64,000 nt of DNA from positions 67,158 to 131,157 of IMG/VR virus record IMGVR_UViG_3300019888_000002; one strand, written 5' to 3'. Both the position numbers and the translations under genes were made by a program. The notes below the pieces were generated by a model. That model was not told the origin of the DNA. It worked only from the letters and a program-made list of their open reading frames with translations, and made no database searches. This document shows, piece after piece, positions 1 to 8,692 of the stretch. How positions within the stretch are numbered: the first letter of the stretch is position 1; every line of letters starts with the position of its first letter. Source of the stretch: a virus.

Positions 1-135
1 ACTGGAATGGCGCGCATCGGGCATGTAGTCGGGCCATTCGCCCCTCTCCGGAACGACATGCGCCTCGTAGACCCTCTCGCCACCCTTCCCCTCGGTGAGA
101 TCCTCGTTGCCGGTGATGAACACGATCCAGCTCAT
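1..135 (-). CDS. Hypothetical protein, partial (runs off the window edge)
   Basis: ATG at 135 overlaps the upstream stop region; reads MSWIVFITGNEDLTEGKGGERVYEAH with no stop before base 1. Confidence 0.5.
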   Translation of the reverse strand, partial: MSWIVFITGNEDLTEGKGGERVYEAHVVPERGEWPDYMPDARHSS

Positions 136-151
136 GAGCGGTAACTACCGT

Positions 152-454
152 TCATCCGGGCGTCGGCTCGTATGCGGTGCGCTGACGTAACTCCTCGGGC
201 TGCTCCCAGGCGTACCAGGGTTCGCTACTGGAGGTCTTGTCGATGGGTGGCCCTTCGGTCGGCCCGCCATAGGTGTCGAATCGGTCGGTGTGCTTCTGGC
301 ACAGCGCACCCCAACCTCCACGAGTGGCGTGGCGGCGGAAGCCGCACCACCACACCGAACACAGGACATAGCCATCGGTACTCATCTTCGGTGGCCGCAT
401 GATGCTGTTCGCCCGTACCTTCATCGAAAACTCTCCTTCTTCATCGGTAGTCAC
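152..454 (-). CDS. Hypothetical protein
   Basis: ORF packed into the minus-strand operon; C-x4-C...C-x2-H pattern. Confidence 0.5.
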   Translation of the reverse strand: MTTDEEGEFSMKVRANSIMRPPKMSTDGYVLCSVWWCGFRRHATRGGWGALCQKHTDRFDTYGGPTEGPPIDKTSSSEPWYAWEQPEELRQRTAYEPTPG

Positions 455-947
455 CCTTCATCTCGAGGTTGCCTCCCTTGGCCTGGGCATCGACCCAGTG
501 ATCCCAGCCCGGCACGTGATAGGTGGGGATGCCGAACGACCTCCACAACTCCACGATGTGCGGGGCATCGTCCATGGCCGCCACGATCCGGAACCCGAGC
601 TGCGTCACGAGATGGTCGTACATGTCGGTCTTGACCTCGGTGTCCGGACGGCCGTCGTCGTCGGCACGCATGATCGGCCCGTGATAAGGAACCGGCATGT
701 GCTCGTTGAGCCAGGACACCGTGATCCCCCGGAACTTTTCCTTGCGGCCGGTGGCGACGATGACCACATGACCGTCGGCCACTGCACGCTCGCACCAATC
801 CAGAGACTCCCGATGTGGAGGGCATCCCCTGGCCTCGAGGTGAAACAACTCGAAATCCTTGGGCTGGCTCAGCACATGATGACGAACACTGGAGACATCA
901 CAAAGGGCTCCGTCGAAATCGGCGATGACTGCCGTCTGTTCTGTCAT
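441..947 (-). CDS. HAD-superfamily phosphatase, PNKP 3'-phosphatase-like (no kinase domain)
   Basis: Motif I DFDGA, motif II ATGR, MRADDDGRPDTEVK and motif IV MDD, as in the T4 PNK phosphatase domain. Confidence 0.8.
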   Translation of the reverse strand: MTEQTAVIADFDGALCDVSSVRHHVLSQPKDFELFHLEARGCPPHRESLDWCERAVADGHVVIVATGRKEKFRGITVSWLNEHMPVPYHGPIMRADDDGRPDTEVKTDMYDHLVTQLGFRIVAAMDDAPHIVELWRSFGIPTYHVPGWDHWVDAQAKGGNLEMKGDYR

Positions 948-1081
948 CAGGCAGGCTGTGGAGCCAGGCCGAAACCGAACCAGGCGACTACTTGCTGCCA
1001 GGGACTGGGGCTCGGCCGAAAACTCGGGATGAAATGCTGGACGGTGTAGTGATGACGACCTTTGCCGGTTCTACGATGCAT
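947..1081 (-). CDS. Small hypothetical protein
   Basis: ATG preceded by GAAGGAACCCCCA; stop abuts the next start. Confidence 0.5.
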   Translation of the reverse strand: MHRRTGKGRHHYTVQHFIPSFRPSPSPWQQVVAWFGFGLAPQPA

Positions 1082-1097
1082 TGGGGGTTCCTTCTGA

Positions 1098-1541
1098 CTA
1101 GTTGTGGGCGAGAAACTGGGGGCAGAGGTGGTTTGCGGCGATACCGACGAACTTGTATGCCTGACCGAGAGAGATGCCCCCACCCGCAGCATGGCCACGG
1201 TCGCTGTTGGAGAACAGAGAATCGGCGGCCGAGCGCACGGAAAGGCCACCTTGCAGCATGTCGCACACGTCGGCGGCCGTCCCGTAGACACTGCCCCCGG
1301 GGCCGAAACCGATCCCGGCAGCGGACACCTCGAGTTCGAGAGATTCCCGGGGGGTGAGGCTGGTGCTGTTGTTCAGGCCGAGCGAGTTGCCCCCGTTGGA
1401 CTTCGGTCCGTCGGTGTGAGTGACGATGCTGAGCAGGACGACGACGGCGATGACTCCGAGGATGATCACGAAAAGCTTGTTGTTGTTCATCTTCTTGCGG
1501 GGTCCGGCGACAAAGATCGGGGGAGCGTCGAAGTGCGACAT
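1098..1541 (-). CDS. Membrane-anchored DUF732-like protein
   Basis: N-terminal TM helix; C-terminal A..VCDML..G...A..HLCP pattern typical of DUF732. Confidence 0.65.
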   Translation of the reverse strand: MSHFDAPPIFVAGPRKKMNNNKLFVIILGVIAVVVLLSIVTHTDGPKSNGGNSLGLNNSTSLTPRESLELEVSAAGIGFGPGGSVYGTAADVCDMLQGGLSVRSAADSLFSNSDRGHAAGGGISLGQAYKFVGIAANHLCPQFLAHN

Positions 1542-1578
1542 CGGGGGTTCCTTTCGGGGTGGGAGGCTCGGTGCCTCC

Positions 1579-1618
1579 TTCTACCGAAACTGTACCAGAG
1601 ATGTACCTACAAACACAA
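1579..1618 (-). promoter_or_regulatory. SigA-like promoter with three 11-bp-period heptads
   Basis: TTGTGT-N18-TACAGT with TGG extension; + strand heptads ttctacc(1579), ctgtacc(1590), atgtacc(1601). Confidence 0.6.
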
Positions 1619-1621
1619 GGG

Positions 1622-2206
1622 CTAGGCACATCTCGTCGGGTAGTGGCACAGCTCCCCGGTGGCATACGCCCTGCGGTAACACCTCGAGCACAGGCTGCGG
1701 CTGTGCTCGGCCACCGTGTTCGGGGCTTCACAGAGCTTGATCCGGCGTGGACGCAGCGCCACCCCGCAGCACCGGCAACCCCATTCCTCGGGTCCGGCCC
1801 GGTGGGTCGGCGGATGAAGACGCTTGGGTTCGCCGGAAGCCTTGCGCTGAGACGGCCGCACCTTGCGATAGACCCGGCGCAACGACTCGTTGTAGTCACC
1901 GGAGGCCAGCTTCCGTTTGAGCTGATATCGGGCCTCGGTCGTCTCGGACCGATTGCCGGAGGAGGTTTCCGGGAGAGCCACCCCGGCCGCCACCAGACCG
2001 GACCAGTTGTCGGCCAGTGCATACCCGGCGCAGCGCTCCCAGATCGGGCACCCCTCACAAAGCCGATGAGCACGATCCCGGCGCTTACGCGGATCTCGAG
2101 GCAGATTGTCGGTCGTGAAGGCTTCAAGCCTGCCTCCACACAAAGAACCATCCCAAAATCCAGGGTCGAGCATCGCTGATTCCTCCTTTGTGGGGTCAGA
2201 GGTCAT
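1622..2206 (-). CDS. whiB: WhiB-family Fe-S transcription factor with extra C-terminal Cys cluster
   Basis: C-x26-CEGCPIWERC followed by GLVAAG (G[V/I]WGG variant); additional CRCC...CSRC. Confidence 0.75.
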   Translation of the reverse strand: MTSDPTKEESAMLDPGFWDGSLCGGRLEAFTTDNLPRDPRKRRDRAHRLCEGCPIWERCAGYALADNWSGLVAAGVALPETSSGNRSETTEARYQLKRKLASGDYNESLRRVYRKVRPSQRKASGEPKRLHPPTHRAGPEEWGCRCCGVALRPRRIKLCEAPNTVAEHSRSLCSRCYRRAYATGELCHYPTRCA

Positions 2207-2209
2207 CGC

Positions 2210-2479
2210 TCAGACGCGGGCTGCTGCACGTCGAGTGGATGAGCTGTACAAGAACTGCCGGTGATTCCCACGGCAGACGTGATGGAACAACAGGTCGATC
2301 AGCCAATAATGCGCCAGATCGAGCCGATCCAGCAGGGTGGGTCGAGGGACGGCGAAGACCTCGTGCGCCCAGGTCTTGTAATCCACCACCGTCGAGGAGA
2401 CAGAACCGGGAACCCGCTGGTATCCACCTGGCGAGTCCATACGGCGCTCCTCACGTCGTTGAAGAGTCCTTTCCCTCAC
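2210..2479 (-). CDS. Hypothetical protein
   Basis: ORF in operon; start uncertain. Confidence 0.45.
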   Translation of the reverse strand: MRERTLQRREERRMDSPGGYQRVPGSVSSTVVDYKTWAHEVFAVPRPTLLDRLDLAHYWLIDLLFHHVCRGNHRQFLYSSSTRRAAARV

Positions 2480-2729
2480 TTATTCCCGGTGAAACTTGCC
2501 CAGAGTGAAGTGCCTGCTCGCTCTGCCATTTACACCAACCACGCACATTGACATATCCGTAGGCTGCGGCCGAAATGATGAACCCCCACTGAGTCGTGCT
2601 GACGGCATAGACCACCCACAGCACCTGCACCCCCACCCCGATCATGAAGCCATACCAATGACGATTCGTGACCAGGTACAAACCAGATACGCCGATACCG
2701 GTGAGCACGAAACTCCAGAGTGGGTTCAC
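2451..2729 (-). CDS. Small multi-TM protein, PnuC/SWEET-like half-transporter candidate
   Basis: About three hydrophobic helices with a WYGF...QVLWVVYAV...WGF...YGYVNVRGW pattern. Confidence 0.5.
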   Translation of the reverse strand: MNPLWSFVLTGIGVSGLYLVTNRHWYGFMIGVGVQVLWVVYAVSTTQWGFIISAAAYGYVNVRGWCKWQSEQALHSGQVSPGISEGKDSSTT

Positions 2730-2896
2730 AGCTTCCCATTGACGAGCCCGGGATCACAGGTGGCCAGGGTGGCATGGATCTGGGCCTGGGCCAGAAGCTG
2801 ACGTATCGGTGTCTTGTCGTAATCCCGCTCGTACCAAGCGTTCACCTCGGCAAGAAGCTTCTCGGCCGTCTCGTAATGCTGTTGTGGAGTGCTCAC
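2726..2896 (-). CDS. Hypothetical protein
   Basis: GTG start overlapping the upstream stop, RBS AGGAG. Confidence 0.55.
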   Translation of the reverse strand: MSTPQQHYETAEKLLAEVNAWYERDYDKTPIRQLLAQAQIHATLATCDPGLVNGKL

Positions 2897-3399
2897 CACT
2901 CGACTCCTCTTTCCGCAGCGATATTGGACAGCACCCAGGTGGCGTGCCGGATTCCCTGGGCATAGCTCGAGGGATCGGAGGCCGGGTAGTTCTCCTCCAA
3001 CAAGTCGAGCCGACGAAGCAGAGCCATCAGGGTGTCTCGCGTCTGTTTCTCCTGCTCCCGGGCAGAGAGCCGAGCCCTCGGAACGATCGGCCCCGTCTCG
3101 ACCACCCACACGATGGCCTGCCGCCCACTACGCATGGGCCGACGACGAGAGGTGTCTCGAACCAACCCGAGATCTCGCAGTTCGGACCGACGAGAACGCA
3201 CGCTCTGCGGAGTTTGATACGGGGCATCGCTGCGGACATAGGCGGCGACCAATTCTTCGTCGGTCATCCCGTCGCTCGCGCGCAGGATCTCGAGTATCCG
3301 ACGTTGCCGCTCCCGCAGCCCGGTGATCGAGGCCGCCGCCTCGTGCGAGGTCGAAGGATCGGTGGTCCGTGCGGTCGCCGTGGCACCGGACAACTCCAT
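2893..3399 (-). CDS. Winged-helix DNA-binding protein
   Basis: ARTTDPSTSHEAA...GMTDEELV...SVRSRRSELRDLGLVRDT...AIVW, a common phage wHTH family; start moved to ATG 3399. Confidence 0.7.
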   Translation of the reverse strand: MELSGATATARTTDPSTSHEAAASITGLRERQRRILEILRASDGMTDEELVAAYVRSDAPYQTPQSVRSRRSELRDLGLVRDTSRRRPMRSGRQAIVWVVETGPIVPRARLSAREQEKQTRDTLMALLRRLDLLEENYPASDPSSYAQGIRHATWVLSNIAAERGVEW

Positions 3400-3671
3400 C
3401 AGCCGACCCGCTTCAGTCGCATCGGGACACGGCCGGTGTGCGGCATCGGATCGAACTGTCCGGCGCAACACCGAAGACACGGCTCGACACCGTGCGCGAC
3501 CGCGTCCCCGATCGTGGTCCAGATGTTCTCGTGCAGAGTGCGAAGCTTGTCGATCGCTTCGTCGGTGCCCCGCACATAGCCGGTGCACTCTTCGCTCAGG
3601 TGAAACCTGCGCCCGGTGCCGGTGTAGAAACACCGGGACTCGAGCAGGTCGATCACATGAACCGGTTTCAT
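3399..3671 (-). CDS. Hypothetical metal-binding protein
   Basis: FH....C and PCxxC motifs. Confidence 0.55.
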   Translation of the reverse strand: MKPVHVIDLLESRCFYTGTGRRFHLSEECTGYVRGTDEAIDKLRTLHENIWTTIGDAVAHGVEPCLRCCAGQFDPMPHTGRVPMRLKRVG

Positions 3672-3868
3672 ATCATGCCTTTCTTGGTGGGGGTTATGAC
3701 AGTTCCGTCCTCGTTCAACGACACGACAGAGGCCGAGATCATGCGGCCGTCCTCGAGATGGACCCGGGCACGTTCACCGAGATAGTCGTCGTGATAACGC
3801 TCCACTCGGTCGATCATGTCCGGCGCGATACGACCGGTGGCACTGATAAGCACGATCAACTCGGACAC
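3668..3868 (-). CDS. Hypothetical protein
   Basis: GTG start with AGGAG; 4-bp overlap with the next gene. Confidence 0.55.
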   Translation of the reverse strand: MSELIVLISATGRIAPDMIDRVERYHDDYLGERARVHLEDGRMISASVVSLNEDGTVITPTKKGMI

Positions 3869-4221
3869 TCCTGCTCCTGTCGAGCCCACACCTGCTGCAC
3901 GCTGTCCAGCTTCACCAGGTCGACCCTGTAGGTATCGCCCGCCTGATAATCGGCCGAATGCTTCCCGGTGCCCCGCATCCTGTGCTTCTCGCATCGTCGC
4001 TCCCCAGCGAACCCATGATTACGGCAATACGGGTCGGAGCCCTCTCGCTCACCGCAGGAACAGCAGTAACACGTGGTGCGCTCACACTCGACCCACGGTG
4101 TGGCCGTGACCGTCCGGCTGTTCTTCCAGCCGTACCAATCCTGGTACTCGGTCCAGGTCTGCACCCGGGTTTCCGGGTCGACGGTGACCGGCCCCTTGGA
4201 ATAGGACTCGTAGATGCCCAT
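3856..4221 (-). CDS. Cys-rich hypothetical protein
   Basis: TGATG overlap; CYCCSC...YCRNH...RCEKH. Confidence 0.55.
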   Translation of the reverse strand: MGIYESYSKGPVTVDPETRVQTWTEYQDWYGWKNSRTVTATPWVECERTTCYCCSCGEREGSDPYCRNHGFAGERRCEKHRMRGTGKHSADYQAGDTYRVDLVKLDSVQQVWARQEQECPS

Positions 4222-4655
4222 CAGGCCCTCTTCAGCTCTTCGAGAGTCTTGATCTCGGTGGTCTTGCGGTCGATCCCCTCCTGGAGAAACGCGGTACGAG
4301 AAAGACTCAGCTCGGCATCGGCGACCGTGGGCTCGAAGAGGGCGTACGCCAGATGCTTGTAACGCGCAAACTCCGACGGCGGGTAAGAATCCCACTTGTC
4401 GTCGTGCAGTTCGGTCCCGTCGGCATCCTCCCCGAAAGAATCGTTCCGATCGAAGAGCCACTTCCCGTCACACTGGTACCGATATTGCAGCTCGGTCGTG
4501 AAATAGACCCGCTCGGGTCGAGGGGAGGATTCACCGAGCACCATGACGAACTCCACGGTCACACTGGCGAATCCGGCCGAGAGCACCCGGGGAAGGTGGT
4601 ACTCGATATCGGCGAAGGCGACCTCGGTTCTCTGAGGGCCAAGAATCTCGGTCAT
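4221..4655 (-). CDS. Hypothetical protein
   Basis: First gene after a promoter cassette; AAGGAACCCCCACCG upstream of ATG. Confidence 0.7.
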   Translation of the reverse strand: MTEILGPQRTEVAFADIEYHLPRVLSAGFASVTVEFVMVLGESSPRPERVYFTTELQYRYQCDGKWLFDRNDSFGEDADGTELHDDKWDSYPPSEFARYKHLAYALFEPTVADAELSLSRTAFLQEGIDRKTTEIKTLEELKRA

Positions 4656-4680
4656 CGGTGGGGGTTCCTTACGTTGTGGG

Positions 4681-4719
4681 TTGTACCCAGAGCGTACCGG
4701 AAACGAACTAAGATTTCAT
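4681..4719 (-). promoter_or_regulatory. SigA-like promoter with tandem heptads
   Basis: -10 TACGCT; ttgtacc(4681) and gcgtacc(4692) are 11 bp apart. Confidence 0.5.
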
Positions 4720-4739
4720 AGCGACACGCCGAGACCGAA

Positions 4740-5243
4740 TCAGACGATCGGGTCTCCGTCACGACCCTCCAGCTCGTCGGACACGTACACGGCCAAGGCA
4801 TAGCTCTGCCACACGTCGGAGCGGAAGCCGTGAAACCATCCCGGAGCGGCCTTGGTCCCCTTGCCGTGGTTGGGCTGCCCCGGAGCGAACCGATCCACCA
4901 GGGCCTGGGTGACGTTGGAGTCCTTGGCCTTGGCGCTGTGGCAGAAGTGCATCTTGACGGGGCGACGATAGACGAGCCGCGCGTCTCCCCTCACACACTC
5001 CAGGAACCGACCGACCCACACGCAGGTCTCGAACACGTCCTTGCCGACCGCCATGCCGTAGGACGCCACCATCTCGATGGCGTAATGGTCGGCTTTCACC
5101 TCACCCTGAACCATCTCGCGCAGGGTGTGGTTGTCGTGCTTCCCGAACTCCAACGGCTTTCGGGTCTCGGCGTCGATCAGCGTCCAGCCGCTCTCGGTGT
5201 TGCCTGGGTCTATGGCGAGGATCGTGGTCACTCGTTGCTCCAC
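4740..5243 (-). CDS. ruvC: RuvC-like (RNase H fold) Holliday junction resolvase
   Basis: ILAIDPGNTESGW, AIE, VKMHFC..AKAKD, D.W...ALA. Confidence 0.75.
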   Translation of the reverse strand: MEQRVTTILAIDPGNTESGWTLIDAETRKPLEFGKHDNHTLREMVQGEVKADHYAIEMVASYGMAVGKDVFETCVWVGRFLECVRGDARLVYRRPVKMHFCHSAKAKDSNVTQALVDRFAPGQPNHGKGTKAAPGWFHGFRSDVWQSYALAVYVSDELEGRDGDPIV

Positions 5244-5246
5244 GGG

Positions 5247-6050
5247 TCACACGGCAATCGGCGCTCGGATGGCCTCGTGATGCTGGTAATCGAGAACGGC
5301 GACGTCTTCGAACCGATAATCAAAGATGCTGTTTCGCTTCGTGAGCTGGAGAGTGGGAAACGGGTACGGCTCCCGGGCGAGCTGCTCGGTCACCTGGTCG
5401 AAATGGTTGATGTAGATGTGACAGTCACCCCCGGACCAGATCAGATCGCCCACCTCGAGGTCGGTCTGCTGCGCCAGCATGTGCGTGAGTAGTGCATAAC
5501 TGGCGATGTTGAACGGCACGCCGAGGAACATGTCGCAGCTGCGCTGATTGATCATCAGGTCGAGCTTGCCGTTACGCACATTGCACTGGAAGGCGTAGTG
5601 GCACGGGGCCAACGCCATCTCGGGGAGATCGGTGGGGTTCCACGCCGTGACAAGATGCCGACGGCTCTCGGGGTTCGTGCGGAGGCCCTCGATGAGCACG
5701 GCGATCTGGTCGATCCCCTCCCAATCCGTGTCGTCCTGACCCCAATGACGCCACTGGAATCCGTACACCGGACCCAGCTCACCGTCTGGACTAGCCCACT
5801 CGTCCCAGATATGCACCCCGTTGTCGTTGAGATACCTGATATCCGTCAACCCGGACAGCAGCCAGATCAGCTCGTGAACGACGGCCTTGAACGCCACCTT
5901 CTTGGTGGTGATCAACGGAAATCCCTGGCTCAGGTCGTACCGCAGCTGCCGACCGAACACCCCGTAGGTGTCGACTCCGGTCCTGTTCGGCCGCAGCACC
6001 CCGTCGCACAGAATCTCGCGGAGCAGGTCCTCGTACTGATGTTCGGTCAC
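5247..6050 (-). CDS. thyA: Thymidylate synthase (ThyA type)
   Basis: [62 protein letters not shown]. Confidence 0.98.
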   Translation of the reverse strand: MTEHQYEDLLREILCDGVLRPNRTGVDTYGVFGRQLRYDLSQGFPLITTKKVAFKAVVHELIWLLSGLTDIRYLNDNGVHIWDEWASPDGELGPVYGFQWRHWGQDDTDWEGIDQIAVLIEGLRTNPESRRHLVTAWNPTDLPEMALAPCHYAFQCNVRNGKLDLMINQRSCDMFLGVPFNIASYALLTHMLAQQTDLEVGDLIWSGGDCHIYINHFDQVTEQLAREPYPFPTLQLTKRNSIFDYRFEDVAVLDYQHHEAIRAPIAV

Positions 6051-6301
6051 TTCGTCTCCTTCGGAGGTAGTAATGCATCGATCTGAGCCATCCATTCGCC
6101 CGATGGAGCCCACCGTTCGCCCATGATGTCCTGAAGCTTGCGGGTGAGCTGATGTGCGTCCCAGTGCTTCGTGTTCTTCAGCAGCGGTAGGAACTCCTCC
6201 CGCAACCGAGCACGCTGATAGCTATCGGAATCGGCGTTGGCAGCGCCGACGAGCATCACGAACGCCATGTGCCCTGCGAGCAACTTGGGGTCGAGAGTCA
6301 C
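6047..6301 (-). CDS. Hypothetical protein
   Basis: GTG start overlapping the upstream stop. Confidence 0.55.
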   Translation of the reverse strand: MTLDPKLLAGHMAFVMLVGAANADSDSYQRARLREEFLPLLKNTKHWDAHQLTRKLQDIMGERWAPSGEWMAQIDALLPPKETK

Positions 6302-6546
6302 CGCAGCCCCCTCATTGCATGAAGTTTGCCGCAGGCCACGTGCACATAGAACCCGGAATCCAGCACTCGGCCGATCATGTCTCCGGAATCGATCTCCGTT
6401 CTGCATCGGACACAGGTGCCACCGAACTCGGCCTCGAAAGGATGCCCGATCGTCCAGTCCGGCTCGGTGTCCAGCGTCAGGCCCCGGCAATCGGCGCAAT
6501 ACGCCTTGGTCATGCCGTGTTTGCACTCGTCGTCATCGGCAGGCAT
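6298..6546 (-). CDS. Cys/His-rich hypothetical protein
   Basis: CKHG...CADC, A..GGTCVRC...H..C zinc-binding pattern. Confidence 0.6.
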   Translation of the reverse strand: MPADDDECKHGMTKAYCADCRGLTLDTEPDWTIGHPFEAEFGGTCVRCRTEIDSGDMIGRVLDSGFYVHVACGKLHAMRGLR

Positions 6547-6853
6547 GGTAAGCCGCCCCTACTGGTACATATTCGCTGCATCCCTCACACACCCGATGGC
6601 CCGGACGAACACCGTTCAAGTACATCTCGTGAGTTCGAGCCAGACTGCGAGCAGCCAGAATGCGCCCGAACGCCTGCTCCTTCTCCTCCGTGGTGGATGT
6701 CCACAGATCGAAGGACTTGTCAAGGTCCCCGGAAGCGATGAAAGGGTAAGCCCGGACCATTTCCTGCTTGTAGGCGGAATCGAAGTCGGCCGAATCGAAG
6801 TCGGCCGAATCGAAGTCAGCCGAATCGAAGTCAGCCACGCTGATCCTCGACAT
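6533..6853 (-). CDS. Hypothetical protein with N-terminal (ADFDS)4 repeat
   Basis: ORF track; C-terminal CxxC...H..C. Confidence 0.65.
   Translation of the reverse strand: MSRISVADFDSADFDSADFDSADFDSAYKQEMVRAYPFIASGDLDKSFDLWTSTTEEKEQAFGRILAARSLARTHEMYLNGVRPGHRVCEGCSEYVPVGAAYHACR
6777..6836. repeat. Tandem 15-bp repeat x4 (gaatcgaagtc[g/a]gcc)
   Basis: Directly visible; encodes ADFDS x4 on the minus strand. Confidence 0.95.
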
Positions 6854-7277
6854 ACTCGGGATGCTGATTCTTCATGTGCCGGGTCACTTGGGCGAACGTG
6901 CGATGACAACAGGGGCAGATCCCGGCAGCAATACGTTTCCTCACCTTGGTGAGCTGGCCCTTGGTGGCGGCATGAGAACGCCTCTGCGCCTCGATGGTGT
7001 TGTCCTTTTCGGCGATGATTCGATCCCGTGACTCCAGCGACCGGGACAACCGATCGGCGCGTTCACGTTCCTTCTGCGCCTGAGACTTCTCCTGATAGGA
7101 CCCCACGTGACCGTTGGGACAGTAGATGTCCTGGTGATCCGCTCGACGCTTCTGCTCGTAATCGATCGGGAAAGCGTAGGCGATCCCACACTGCCAACAG
7201 GTCTCGACATGGAACGTCTCGATGCTGGTGAAGCTAGCCACGACTCGACTCCTTTTCCTTGGTCTTCTGAGCCTCAC
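6831..7277 (-). CDS. Zinc-finger / coiled-coil phage protein
   Basis: CWQC, YCPNGH, coiled coil, CPCCHRTF..VTRHMKNQH (C2H2). Confidence 0.7.
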   Translation of the reverse strand: MRLRRPRKRSRVVASFTSIETFHVETCWQCGIAYAFPIDYEQKRRADHQDIYCPNGHVGSYQEKSQAQKERERADRLSRSLESRDRIIAEKDNTIEAQRRSHAATKGQLTKVRKRIAAGICPCCHRTFAQVTRHMKNQHPEYVEDQRG

Positions 7278-7815
7278 GCTCGGCGTGATACCTGCTCAGC
7301 GGCATACGGGTCCAGATATCGGTGTCGATCTCGGAATCGACCAGGACGCTCCACGTGATTTCCAAGGTGTCCTCGTTGTCTCCGATCACATCCACCCCAT
7401 AGGTGTAAACCCGGTGGGACCCGTTATCCAGGTAGTCCCCGTCGGCCGTGACCGGCATTCCCGGAAGCACCCTGCGTGGGCTCGGCTGATGACCGAAACT
7501 CCGAAGCTTCTCGTCGGCGGCGCGACCGTCGGCACTGCGTTTGTCCGGGACGATCTGCCCGGGACGGGGCTTGTTCCTGGTCTTCCTGCGCCATCCACGG
7601 GGGATGCCGTCAGCTCGGTTCGGCAATCCGAGACAGGACACATAGGTGCTGTCGAGGAAACCGCTGAAATAAGCCATGCCTCCCTCTCCGCAGACCTCGA
7701 CGGCCCAGGCGTGCACGGCGGCGATCCAATCGTTGGCAGCGGTGCGCGCCTCTCGATACGCCCGTACCAGCTCGGGATCGGAGGATCGATAGACCTCCAT
7801 CGGGTTGTCGACCAT
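7234..7815 (-). CDS. Hypothetical protein
   Basis: ATG 7815 with GAGAGG RBS; first gene after a heptad cassette. Confidence 0.65.
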   Translation of the reverse strand: MVDNPMEVYRSSDPELVRAYREARTAANDWIAAVHAWAVEVCGEGGMAYFSGFLDSTYVSCLGLPNRADGIPRGWRRKTRNKPRPGQIVPDKRSADGRAADEKLRSFGHQPSPRRVLPGMPVTADGDYLDNGSHRVYTYGVDVIGDNEDTLEITWSVLVDSEIDTDIWTRMPLSRYHAEREAQKTKEKESSRG

Positions 7816-7831
7816 GCGATCCTCTCGTGGG

Positions 7832-7860
7832 GTGTCCCCCGATTGTACTGTCTCCGTACC
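7832..7860 (-). promoter_or_regulatory. Heptad-repeat regulatory cassette / probable promoter
   Basis: gtgtccc(7832), ttgtact(7843), ccgtacc(7854) at 11-bp period in an intergenic gap; TACAAT on the minus strand. Confidence 0.5.
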
Positions 7861-7873
7861 AGTGATTACAAGG

Positions 7874-8086
7874 TCAACAGTAGTAGCACTTGGGAGTACT
7901 CTTGTCGTGCCGTACACGGCCGCAGTTGAAGCACGGGCTCGGAGGTGCCAGCGTGATCTCCAGACGTCCCGGCCACTTGTCGGAGTCACCGATACCGACG
8001 AGATCCTGACCGTTGCAGAACACCTCGCGGTCCATCCGATCGGGGCCACCGTCCTGACAGGCCCGGATCAATTCGGCCAGTGTCAT
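7874..8086 (-). CDS. Hypothetical protein
   Basis: ORF track; ATGA overlap. Confidence 0.55.
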   Translation of the reverse strand: MTLAELIRACQDGGPDRMDREVFCNGQDLVGIGDSDKWPGRLEITLAPPSPCFNCGRVRHDKSTPKCYYC

Positions 8087-8550
8087 CGGGCTTCGGCTTC
8101 CCTCGCTCGATACGCCTGCCTGAGAAATTCGGCATCCCGGCGTAACGGTGTGACGATCGATTCCTGATTGGGTCCGTTACGGTCCGAGTTCATCTCGTAC
8201 CATTCGGCGGCGCGCTCGAGAACAGCCGCCTCCTCCAGCAGACTCTCCGCACCGTCCATCCCGTACTCGAGATCCTGAGCGGCGATCAGATTGCGCTCCT
8301 CGATGGCCGTCCTCAGGTAGACACAGAGATCCAAGGACTCCTCATAGGCATCCTGAAGCTGATCTCTCCCGTTGAACGGCTGAAGCAGGGAATTATATTT
8401 GTCGAGGCCGTACTGCTTGCGCTTGGTCTGGTCGGCGATCACCAGATCGTGCGCGGAGGGTCCCCCGTTGGAAATGGGCTCGGGCTGGACCTCGAGTCCG
8501 GCGTCGGCGAGCATCTTCTTCTCGGCCTCGGTGGGCAGGGTGTCACTCAA
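8083..8550 (-). CDS. All-alpha NTP pyrophosphohydrolase (MazG-like) candidate
   Basis: KRKQYGLDKY..LL...NGRDQLQDAYEESLDLCVYL, an acidic EExxD helix typical of this fold. Confidence 0.5.
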   Translation of the reverse strand: MSDTLPTEAEKKMLADAGLEVQPEPISNGGPSAHDLVIADQTKRKQYGLDKYNSLLQPFNGRDQLQDAYEESLDLCVYLRTAIEERNLIAAQDLEYGMDGAESLLEEAAVLERAAEWYEMNSDRNGPNQESIVTPLRRDAEFLRQAYRAREAEAR

Positions 8551-8692
8551 CGGACTTGCTCCTCTGTTCTTTGAGCTGTTTGACGAACTCCTCGACGGCC
8601 TTCATGTCCGTTGTGCTCGGTTTCCCGCGTCCCCGCAACCGCACGGTGACACCGTCGACATGAACCGAGCACCACCCGATCTTGTCGATCAT
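8544..8692 (-). CDS. Small hypothetical protein
   Basis: MIDKIGWCSVHVDGVTVRLRGRGKPSTTDMKAVEEFVKQLKEQRSKSVE; fills the gap with overlaps at both ends. Confidence 0.5.

Noticed and set aside
4721-4731. GACAC (WhiA-type) boxes near promoters (4723, 7832, 26779, 42829)
   Set aside because: A 5-mer is expected often by chance in GC-rich DNA, and the positions are inconsistent relative to the -10
6777-6836. ADFD as an RNA polymerase catalytic NADFDGD motif, or the repeat as a mini-CRISPR
   Set aside because: Lacks the N and GD and sits in a 106-aa protein; the repeats are contiguous with no spacers
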